NCBI GenBank assembly: GCA_020137815.1 | Contig: CM035359.1 | Coordinates: forward strand, 7,688,001 to 7,752,000 | Origin: Hormiphora californensis | Lineage: Eukaryota; Animalia; Ctenophora | Direction of reading: 5' to 3' | Length of the DNA stretch: 64,000 nucleotides | Shown here: one piece after another, positions 1 through 22,698 of the stretch | Numbering within the stretch: the stretch's first letter is position 1 | How the letters are laid out: each line of letters starts with the position of its first letter | Position numbers and translations under genes: made by a program | Notes under the pieces: model-generated | What the model was told of the DNA's origin: nothing | Databases searched by the model: none | What the model saw: the letters and a program-made list of their open reading frames with translations, nothing else

Positions 1-490
1 CCTTGAATTTCCGGGCTTGGGGGTCCGTATCATTCTCAACATGGATGTTAAAATCTCCACATATCAGGCATCGTTCTTTTCTTTCCGCTAACTTCAGAAA
101 CAGGTCCTCTAGTTCGTCTAAAAACATAGTAAACTGGCCTGAAGTCCCAGGACGATAAACAACAACTATTCGAGTGTTAGTGGGTTCCTTGAGCAGAACC
201 TCCAGACATTCGAACTGTTTGAATTTGTGTGAGTATTTGCTCGTTTTTGTCCTCTTTCTGGTAATGATAGCTACACCACCTCCTCTGCCTTTGCGTGGCT
301 GCGACACGATGTTGAAGCCTGCATCTTTGACAAGAGCACAGAGGGCACCATCATCTTTTTTCATCCACGTTTCAGTAAGAGCAAAAATTTCCAAGTCTTC
401 ATCCACTGCAAGTTCCAAGACATCAATTGCTTTGTTTCTTAGAGAGAAGCAGTTGAGTAGACCAAACTTCAGCCTTTTGGACACAGTTAG
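1..490 (-). CDS. LINE ORF2 N-terminus (APE endonuclease), runs off the window start
   Basis: Manual translation in the -1 frame: LTVSKRLKFGLLNCFSLRNKAIDV...IFALTETW...RGGGVAII...VVYRP...CGDFNIH. These are the canonical APE motifs. Not in the ORF track (no ATG before the domain, no stop within the window). Confidence 0.88.
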
Positions 491-1665
491 TTTTTTGATA
501 GGTACTGGAGACGGATTGGGCAATGTGGGGCGGCGGCGTTGTGATCATGTGAACCTGCTTGAATGGATGGGTTAGATGATTTAGCACAGTTAGAACATTT
601 GAAGCAAGATCTATCGCTCTTACTAGGGCACTCTTTTCCAATATGATTCTCAGAACACCGGAAACATGTTGGTTCACTCTCTCGACAATCAGCTGCTAAG
701 TGTCCATAACGCTGACACTTATAACATTGCTTTACAAACACTCTCTCTTCTACATGGCAGTTATAACTGCCAACATGAATGGAACCCCTACTAAGAATCA
801 GGTCGCCAAGGGGCTTACTGACCTTCAACCCAATAGTGGCTTCATTCACATTACGGTTATGTCTCTGAAACGAAACTACGGACATCTCTTCGCCATTTCC
901 CATCATCTCGGCAATCATTGGGTTCAAATCAACTATCGAATCTAAAATCATTGTATCTGTCTCATCTCTATCGGTCACATGTACAGGGATAAACGATACA
1001 TCTGCTCCTCTAACAGAGAGTTTTGGTGCATGGACAAACTTCGTCACTCCAATATTCTCCGCTTTTACTTTCTCAGCTGCACTGTTCATTTCATTAGCAC
1101 TTTTGAACCAGTATTGTACAGATCCGTCACTTTGTTGTTTCCTATACTCTGTTGGGATCTTCTTGAAAATAGAGCTGGCCGTTTCGGTATCTTCTTCAGC
1201 GATTGTAAGCCTAGCTGGTGCTAGGTTCTTTTTTGCGACTTGGGAATAACTCACGTTTGGCTGTGCATCAGTAGCAGGCTTCGAATTAGGCTTCATTTGT
1301 TTGGAGATTTCTGCTGCAACCGTCACGGAAACGGTGGCCAGAATTTCATCTTGGAATTTCTTCAGGCGATCATCGAGAGTGGGCTCTAGTGCTAGGTTAC
1401 ACTGCTCTACTTCTTGGTAGCATCGGGGACACAACCAACACATTCCCCTTTTACTCACAGCTACTGTTTCGTCATCGGGATCTTCGGCTTTACATCTTAG
1501 GCACGTCACCTTCACTGCTGCATCTTGAACGGACTGGGCCATAGCTTCTTCTGTTCTCCTTGCTTCAGATCTCGTCAGCGGTCCGAGGGGGGTCATTGAG
1601 TCATGCTTCCTGAAACTCAAATTAATTTGAGTGTGCTGTGTGGGACGATCCCACGTCTGTCTCAT
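487..1665 (-). CDS. Non-LTR retrotransposon (CR1/L2 group) ORF1, gag-like nucleic-acid-binding protein
   Basis: 392-aa ORF with an N-terminal CxxC...WLCPRC (PHD-like) motif, a coiled-coil-like segment and three C-terminal zinc knuckles (CYKCQRYGHLAADC, CFRCSENHIGKEC, CSNC...H...C). It lies directly upstream of an APE endonuclease frame. Confidence 0.88.
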   Translation of the reverse strand: MRQTWDRPTQHTQINLSFRKHDSMTPLGPLTRSEARRTEEAMAQSVQDAAVKVTCLRCKAEDPDDETVAVSKRGMCWLCPRCYQEVEQCNLALEPTLDDRLKKFQDEILATVSVTVAAEISKQMKPNSKPATDAQPNVSYSQVAKKNLAPARLTIAEEDTETASSIFKKIPTEYRKQQSDGSVQYWFKSANEMNSAAEKVKAENIGVTKFVHAPKLSVRGADVSFIPVHVTDRDETDTMILDSIVDLNPMIAEMMGNGEEMSVVSFQRHNRNVNEATIGLKVSKPLGDLILSRGSIHVGSYNCHVEERVFVKQCYKCQRYGHLAADCRESEPTCFRCSENHIGKECPSKSDRSCFKCSNCAKSSNPSIQAGSHDHNAAAPHCPIRLQYLSKN

Positions 1666-1824
1666 GACATTTAAACAAAACTATTGTATAGTTAGTTTAC
1701 ACACTTATGTCTTCTGCTTGAAAAGGCTTGCTTGAAGAGGCTTTTTGAACAAGGTAGCTGTTGGAAAATGGAAAGTGGAAACAAACAAGGAAAAAACTAA
1801 AAAAATTAGCAAAACTTTTATTTG

Positions 1825-2037
1825 TAGTGGAAGCTCTTACGGTAATTCCCACGCCCCGTGGGAAAGTTTTTGACCGTGGGAAAGTTTTCAAAGCGTGGGA
1901 AAAGAGAGATACATACAAAAAATAAATTGTTTTTTATTAGTTATTGTATGTATCTCTCTTTTCCCACGCTTTGAAAACTTTCCCACGGTCGAAAACTTTC
2001 CCACGGGGCGTGGGAATTACCGTAAGAGCTTCCACTA
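1825..2037. mobile_element. Hairpin MITE with ~95-bp TIRs, TA-flanked
   Basis: TAGTGGAAGCTCTTACGGTAATTCCCACG... at 1825 is the near-perfect reverse complement of ...CGTGGGAATTACCGTAAGAGCTTCCACTA ending at 2037. Short AT-rich spacer; internal CGTGGGAAA repeats. Confidence 0.8.
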
Positions 2038-2689
2038 TTGGATCTTGCTCTGATACTGAAATTTGCTGCGCGGCGTAACAAAGCAGCGCAAAATTTATTG
2101 ACGCGCGCTTCGCAAATAAAAAGATAAATGAAAATCCAAGTTTGCTTTTTTCAAAAGTTTCAAAACGGCAGTTTCGATATTTTTTTAGATTTCGGGCCCC
2201 ATTTCGAGTTGTAGCTTTTATAAGGGCTACTGATTGCTTGCCAAATACTGAAATAATTACCGTAACGAGGGGAATGTATTAAAATTTAATTTAATGTCGT
2301 TCCTGCCACCAGAATTTCCCCCCTGACGGCTGACCGGCTGACCCGGGACCCCTGACCCGGTTTTGAATTTTTCATATTGCAGTTATAGTTCGGTAGTACT
2401 GAATTGAGTTCGTTGACAGTGCTTTCACATTCGCAAGACCGGATTCTGCTGGTGACTGTCAAGAATTTTGAACTTTGTCGTTGCTCGTTGTTGCTTGTTT
2501 GGACACCAAAATTGGGGTATGGGGGTGGAAGGGTTGCAGTGAATTGTTGTGCAGTGGAGTGTGTTGGGCTCTACTTATAGAAGTACAGCCAGTATAGTGT
2601 GTTGCAGTGGAGTGTGTTGGGCTTTACTTATAGAAGTACAGTCGGTATGGTGTAGTGCAGTGGAGTGTGTTGGGCTTTACTTATAGAAG

Positions 2690-3159
2690 GGCAAGGGCTA
2701 CTGAGCATGAAGTTCAGGATATCTTTGGAGAGCTCAATGAAAAACCAGTCATATCTTCTACAAAGCGTATTGGCGAAAAGACTGATAACCGACCGAGACC
2801 AGTAATTGTTACACTTGAAAGGAGGGAAACTTTGTTACAACTTCTAAGAAAAGCAAAACAGCTCCGAGATTCAGAGAAATTCTCCTCGGTGTTTCTCTCC
2901 CCCGACCTAACACCGGAGGAGCAGCGAGAGCGGAAAACTCTCGTTGATACAGTGAAAGGACTGAGGCGAGACAATCCGAATGGACGATACTGGGTTAGCA
3001 GGGGGGTAATTAAATGTGGCTGACCTACTACATATAATTTGTACTCTAAAGAGACTTCAAAAGGAACCTTATGACTATCAATTTAGCCCACAAAAAGGGG
3101 CAGTATATGTTGTATTTTATCCAATGTATACATTTTAGATTTAATAATAATAATAATAA
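2690..3159 (+). mobile_element. 5'-truncated retroposon carrying only a CR1-type ORF1 C-terminus, a 3' UTR and a (TAA)n tail
   Basis: Open frame ...KRIGEKTDNRPRPVIVTL...LRKAKQLR...SVFLSPDLTPEEQRERKTLV...YWVSRGVI, typical of CR1/L1-type ORF1 RRM/CTD; stop at 3023. (TAA)n tail at 3142-3159; 12-bp TSD TACTTATAGAAG at 2678-2689 and 3160-3171. Confidence 0.75.
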
Positions 3160-3269
3160 TACTTATAGAAGTACAGCCAGTATGGTGTAGTGCAGTGGAG
3201 TGTGTTGGGCTTTACTTATAGAAGTACAGCCAGTATAGTGTGGTGCAGTGGAGTGTGTTGGGCTTTACT

Positions 3270-4995
3270 CGAATGTATCCAGACTGGCTTGAAGGAACTT
3301 AAGCCATTCTCAGCATCCCCTCCTGACTGCATTCCTTCTTTTGTTCTGAAACAGTGCAGCAATAGCCTGGCATACCCGATTTGGATGTTGTGGAACAGGT
3401 CATTTGAAGACGGATCTGTCCCTAGTTGCTTAAAGCAACAGTTCATAACACCATTATTCAAGAAGGGGGCTAAATCGAAACCTGTGAACTATCGCCCAGT
3501 GTCTATAACAAGTCACCTGTCTAAAGTGTTTGAGCGGCTGGTGAGGAAACGGATCAGTGACTACTTGGACGAGATGGAGTTGCAGAGTGACACTCAGCAT
3601 GGGTTTAGGAAGGGGCGCAGTACCATGACACAGCTACTAACCCATGTTGACATCATCCTATCTGATCTATGCGGTGATCAGGAAGTCGATGCTATCTACT
3701 TAGATTTTAGTAAAGCATTTGATTCCGTGGATATCAATGTTCTGCTAGCTAAATTGAGGCGATATGGTATTGGAGGTCAACTCCTTCAGTGGATCAGTGC
3801 GTGGATCCTGGGCAGGAATCAGTGTGTAATGGTGGATGGAGTGAGGTCACCCTGGGCCGAGGTACTTAGTGGGGTTGCCCAGGGTAGTGTGCTCGGACCA
3901 CTTCTTTTCCTCATATATATTCTTGACCTGGAGTCAGTGCTAGACGGTAGCATGTGTCTAACTTTTGCTGACGATACTAAGTTGGTAAAAGCTATTTCGG
4001 ATATGACTAGCCAGGCGTGCCTACAGAACGATCTTTTAAGAGTGGCAGAATGGGCAAAGAAGAACAATATGAAGTTACATGAGGATAAATTTCAGCTCTT
4101 GAGCTATAGTCTGAATAAGTCTGCTATCCTCAGACAGTTTCCTTTCGCAGCTGAAGTGTTTTCATATACTACAAGCTCAGGTGTGCAGTTGACCCCCGAA
4201 CCTGATGTTCGTGATCTGGGTGTCCAGATGTCTGCAGATGGGTCATGGACGAGGCACATTTCTATCATAGTGCGGAAGGCTTCCCTCTTGAGTGGCTGGA
4301 TATTCAGCGTTTTTCGGGACCGTTCTCCGGAGGTTATGGTACAGCTTTTCAAGTCCTTGGTCAGGCCTATTCTTGAGTACTGTTGCCTAGTCTGGAACCC
4401 TTCCAAGGCTGGTGATATCAAGGCTATTGAGAATGTCCAACGTTGTTTCACCAGACGTCTTGATGGTATGCAGGGTCATGACTATTGGGATAGACTGAAA
4501 TTGCTCAATCTTATGTCCCTTCAGCGTCGGAGACAGCGCTACATTCTGATTCATGTGTGGAAGACGATTCATGGTTTTGTACCTAACTCTGCCAACCTAG
4601 TATTTCAACAGCACGCTAGACTGGGTATGCGGATAGTCCCACCACCTTACCCCTATAGAGCAGAAACGAAACGAGCTAATCAATTTCACTGCTCATTTGG
4701 TCCAAGAGCAGCTCATTTATGGAACACTCTACCTGCTGCTGTCAATTCTTGTGTGAGCTTGAATCAGTTCAAATCATCATTGGGCAATTACTTGACAGGA
4801 TTTCACGATCGTCCTCCAGTCAGAGGGTACCCGCCACTTCCAAATGACCTTTCGCCTCAATGTGCTGTGCTGTGCTGATGAGTGTGAGTGTGAAGGGATA
4901 GTTTTTCAACTTGATTTTATTTAGGTGGACCCATTCAGGGAAGGCCTGTTTCTTTATAAATAAAACTTTAATTGTAAACTTGTAAACTTGTAAAC
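3270..4995 (+). mobile_element. 5'-truncated CR1-group LINE (reverse transcriptase half of ORF2)
   Basis: Open frame to 4878 with NYRPVS, QHGFRKGRS, YLDFSKAFD, GVAQGSVLGPLLF, FADD and a CR1 C-terminus (VRPILEY, LQRRR). 3' tail (TTGTAAAC)3; short TACT duplication at 3266-3269 and 4996-4999. Confidence 0.92.
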
Positions 4996-6642
4996 TACTT
5001 ACAGAAGTACAGCCAGTATGGTGTAGTGTAGTGGAGTGTGTTGGGCTCTACTTATAGAAGTACAGCCAGTATGGTGTGGTGCAGTGGAGTGTGTTGGGCT
5101 TTACTTATAGAAGTACAGTCGGTATGGTGTGGTGTAGTGGAGTGTGTTGGGCTTTACTTATAGAAGTACAGCCAGTGTGGTGAGATGCAGGCTACAGCGA
5201 GTATGACTTCTCTTCCGCTCCTTGGTTCTCCTACAGGTGAAGCAGTCGGATCCTCAGTCCTCACCCAGGTTGTATAAGACAGTATCGATTGTTTAAGGGC
5301 TAAAGCCCTGGAGCTAAAATATTCATTTCTGGATCTCTAGATCCAAGAGCATATTCTATTAATCTGCAGTAAGCAGAGACAGTATATTTCATCATCCGAT
5401 TTAAATATGGTTTAACTAACAAAAATTACCCTCAGAAAATATCTTCTTGAAAAATATCTGGAAATCCTTGGTATAAAACTAACCGCTTTTGAAACGAGAG
5501 TTAGTGAGACGAAGTCCGCACCAAGTGATGCTAGTAGTCAAGACCTAACAGAACTCGTGTTGTTCTTTATAATATGGACAATGAAAAGCGGACAATAAAT
5601 GTATATTTGTATTTGTATTTGTATTTGCTGGAATGCCTTTATTCAGTAATTAACCGTACCTCCATTTAGTGTTTAGCACCCTCTCTGTGAGGGAATGACT
5701 AAATATTCGTCAGCGAACCAGACGAGTAGTGGAAGGGGGCAGAAAGTTTACCTTGCAAATGTTTGGTACTCATGGAACAGGTTCGTCTCAGAAGATACAC
5801 AGGTGTGACTGGAGAGTCTCTACCCCATTCTCAAATTTTATCTCACTTTTAAAAGACATTTTGTTGGCAATATTCCAATTCTCTCAGGTTCACCGACACC
5901 ATCCACCAAGTGTTGAAAGCAGAATGGTTTAACAAACAACAAGACCTCAATGGTTACTGGTGCTATCTATCAGATAGGTTTGGTTTTCTCAGCCCCAAAT
6001 TATTACTCATCTCCTTCCTTCCCATGGCATCCTACCTCATCATTTTTCAGTCATACACCGTGTTAAAAGACGTAAGTGTGGTCTAGTGAAAATAGACCTC
6101 TTGAATTAAAAATAGACATTTTTGTGACCAGGAAATTTATATTAGGTCCATGCCTACTGCAGAGGTTTGTCTATAATTGTCTGCACTCTGCTTCTGTGGC
6201 CTGTGCATGTCTCTGTGTGATAGGGAAGTATGTGACATTTGTTATGACCCTGGGGGCATATATTTAGCTACCTGGATCACGGAAAGAAAAAAGGTGATTT
6301 CCCTGGGGAGTCAAATGATACATGCATAATGAGACAATGAATAAGAGAGTCAGGGCATTCTACCTGCAAATATATAATCGGAAAAAAGGTGGTTCTAATT
6401 GAAACTATGGGGGAAATATGGATATCGAGAAAAAACGGATGTACAATATATCGTAGGTTGCCGTTATCGATTTACAATTTGGGCAATTTCACCGGAAATA
6501 ACAATGGCGGTTTTAATAGCTGAGAGAGATAGAGAGAGTGTGTGTTTAGTGTATAAACAGGATGTAAAATGTGTATCTGACACTACCCCCCTGATCACGA
6601 TCTACAGCTCTATCATTCTAACCACCCACCCCCTTTTTCCAG

Positions 6643-19216
<12,574 letters not shown>

Positions 19217-19618
19217 ACGCAACACTCTCGAGATTTTATATTGAATAGACAATGTCCCGCTATTACGGAATAATAGATTCCCTTGATACTAATAGTTTAA
19301 AGTGGAGAATCAGTTCTAATGTCAGAGTAATGAGTGAAAGAACTGATGAATACAAATCACTCGAAGTGTGAACACTCTGTACCAGAGACTACTGCAAAAA
19401 CAAGAAACCATATCTTTTAATTTTTTTTACTAATAGTTAGTTTTTGATAGGCAGTTTGTTTACCGTATCTCTTCCTAAAATTACTGCAATATCTGGCGCA
19501 TCAGACCCCGTTTTTGTTTTCAAATAAAGATCGGGGTAGCGGCGTCAGAGATGTGCAATACCCAACACACATTGAATTAGTAGATGAAGACAATTTGTTT
19601 TAGTTGAGGAAGTATATA

Positions 19619-21183
19619 CAAGGTGGGCCACGGATTGTTGGTCATGGTTAGCGAGGTGGTGTGTCAAAACGGTGATAGTTGTGAGAATAAAAATTATGGG
19701 AGCACTCTGGATCAATTCCTTGGTAACTTTTTCCATAATTTTTTGTCAAAAATTCGAAAATTCATTTTTCATTCCTTCATTCATTTCTCGTTCATTCATG
19801 ATGTGAGGATCCTAATTTTCCATCATTAAGCTATGTTTCTTTGGCTTGAATTTATCTTTCCAATGAGCACCATAAAAATGAAATTGAAGCACCTGGTCAC
19901 ACAGCAGTTGAGGAAATGTTCATGCATGATTTTGGCTCTTTTTGCGACTTTCAATGATCTATATCACGGCGACCTTCCGTTCAATCTTCTTAAAAATTAG
20001 GGAAAACATTGGATAAGCAAAGATCTTTGCTCACAAGAAAAATCAAGGTCAAAGGTCAAAGTTCATTTTTCATTTTTGTTAGTTCATTCCGTTCATTCAG
20101 GAACCAACATCCCTAAAGTGATGAAAATGCTTGGGTTTTGTTTGGCACATGTCCTGCAATGACAGAGAGGTGTAATAGCGTGTTTCTGGGCTAGTTTGTG
20201 GGTATCCATGTGATCATGATGATATCTGACACCTTTTCTGAGCTATAATTGAGGGATTTTCTCAAATTCAAGCATGTAACTTGGTTTTTCTGCGATCAGT
20301 ACCGTGCAACAATGTTATGAGATCTCATCAAACCTCAAAAATGCTGATTAGCTCAATGAAATGAGTTGATTTACGATTGAAAAGATTAAAACCGATGTCA
20401 AATTGAACGAAACGAACAATGTCGATCATAAATCAACTAATTTCATTGAGCTAATCATCATTTTTGAGGTTTGATGAGATCTCATAACATTGTTGCACGG
20501 TACTAATCGCAGAAAAACCAAGTTACATGCTTGAATTTGAGAAAATCCCTCAAGTATGGTTCAGAAAAGGTGTCAGATATCATCATGATCACATGGATAC
20601 CCACAAACTAGCCCGGAAACACGCTATTACACCTCTCTGTCATTGTAGGACATGGGCCAAACAAAACCCAAACATTTTCATCACTTTAGGGATGTTGGTT
20701 CCTGAATGAACGGAATGAACAAACGAAAATGAAAAATGAACTTTGACCTTTGACCTTGATTTTTCTTGTGAGCAAAGATCTTTGCTTCTCCAATGTTTTC
20801 CCAAATTTTTAAGAAGATTGAACGGAAGGTCGCCGTGATATAGCTCATTGAATGTCGCAAAAAGAGCCAAAATCATGCATGAACATTTCCTCAACTGCTG
20901 TGTGACCAGGTGCTTCAATTTCATTTTTATGGTGCTCATTGGAAAGATAAATTCAAGCCAAAGAAACATAGCTTAATGATGGAAAATTAGGATCCTCACA
21001 TCATGAATGAACGAGAAATGAATGAAGGAATGAAAAATGAAGTTTCGAATTTTTGACAAAAAATTATGGAAAAAGTTACCAAGGAATTGATCCAGAGTGC
21101 TCCCATAATTTTTATTCTCACAACTATCACCGTTTTGACACACCACCTCGCTAACCATGACCAACAATCCGTGGCCCACCTTG
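19619..21183. mobile_element. Non-autonomous fold-back DNA transposon (Tc1/mariner-type), ~770-bp inverted arms, TA TSD
   Basis: TA|CAAGGTGGGCCACGG...CCGTGGCCCACCTTG|TA. The arms are highly similar reverse complements (mirror ORFs 19623-19829 + and 20973-21179 - in the track); centre at ~20375-20430. Confidence 0.9.
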
Positions 21184-22698
21184 TATTGGAACTATTATAT
21201 ACCAAGTTCGCACCTCATAATATATGTTTTTAGTTGGTAGTGAGTGTGTCAAAACAATGAACCTAACATCTTAAAGTGTAATACATAGTACCTATAATTG
21301 AACAGGGTTGAAATGTGTGTGTGTTTTCAGTGAGATACTTGACCACTTTCTTCACGAGAAAGGGTCAGTGCAATTTGAGTGCTCCTTTTTCTTATGATGT
21401 CCTCCTTTGTAAATATGATATAACGATTTAAGGTACCAACGCTGTACTGTTTTACAATACGGAACGTGTTTTCATTGTCCCGTCAGGGCGAGTTACTTTG
21501 GGTATACTACTGTGTACCTGGTTACAGTCTGCACACTGTAAAGTGTCTGCACAGTACAGAAACTACAAGTACTGAATATTCTACATCACGGGTTTACTTC
21601 AAAGTACCTTGCCCTTCAATCTGTGTAAGCGGTATACACTATACTAAGGAATGAATGCTGCTTGCCGCTTGGCGGCGCTGACCCGATCTAAGGGCAGTGT
21701 TGAGGATCAAAATGTGGTCTGGCACCGCCAGACAGTATAAATGTAGGTTATAGCTGTTGTTATAGACAGGGTATGGTACAAGGGCCAGAGGGTATAGTGT
21801 TGCGTTCCGGATACGTGTTAACTGCCCTATTGTCCCATCTCCCTCTCTTTTGTCCCTTTTTTGTCCAGGTGACAATGACTTGGACTTGGTAAGGATATAA
21901 GGAGAGAGAGAGAGGGAGACAGAGAGGGAGAGTGAAAAGAGTCTCTTAGGTCCATTACCATTTCTCCACTTTGGGTACATGCATATTGTTTGTTGTCCTT
22001 GAGTAACAGCGACGACATATCATTATCAGCTCAGTACACGTACGCTACGTTTCAGTATGACTATGAGTTATGATATATGGATATTATTAGGACATTATGA
22101 TATAACTTGTATTATAAGGTTCTAACTCAAATTTGCCACTGGCTATTTAACTTAATTTTTAGAGTCAGATAGTCAGATGATATACTATTTCCACAGTTCT
22201 CTACCTAATATATTAATAAAGCCCCTTGTTAATTTCTAGTGACCACTCATCAGCAAGTGTAGGCTACAACTGGTAATTGGTATTGATGCTCAATCAGAAT
22301 GTTGAGATCCTGGCCAAGGAACTCTAGACGAACATTGGTAAGTGCTTTGTGCTTTGTGAACATGTGCATGGATATTTTGGCCGTATCATATAGGACTCTC
22401 TCACGTTTCTGACTCGGCCCCGACACGATCTGAGCGCACTGAGAATCAAAACGGGGTCTGGCGGCTGTTGACACCGGGTCGAAGGCCCAGTATGAGCTAA
22501 CTCATGTCTCATCGGCTCACCATATATTCTACCATGCTACTAGCATGCTAGTGAGTGTTGAGTAACACCAACAAATGCACTAACAACAACAAATCCTGCA
22601 TATAGCGCCATAGACAGCCTGCTTGGCACGGCAATGATGAGACAATAGTAATACATTCCACCCATTATATCTTGCCTACCTGATCGATCTTGTATAGC

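Larger units (their letters stand above)
2548..5190. repeat. 53-bp minisatellite split into three blocks by two retroelement insertions
   Basis: Unit TGCAGTGGAGTGTGTTGGGCTTTACTTATAGAAGTACAGCCAGTATGGTGTAG at ~2548-2689, 3160-3269 and 4996-5190. Confidence 0.9.

Noticed and set aside
5160-6300. Small candidate exons on either strand (possible AUR1-like 5' exons or a separate minus-strand gene)
   Set aside because: Several AG/GT-bounded segments exist, but no consistent reading phase or recognisable motif could be established by eye.
19545-21205. Short mirror ORFs as duplicated genes
   Set aside because: They are chance ORFs within the two arms of a fold-back transposon.
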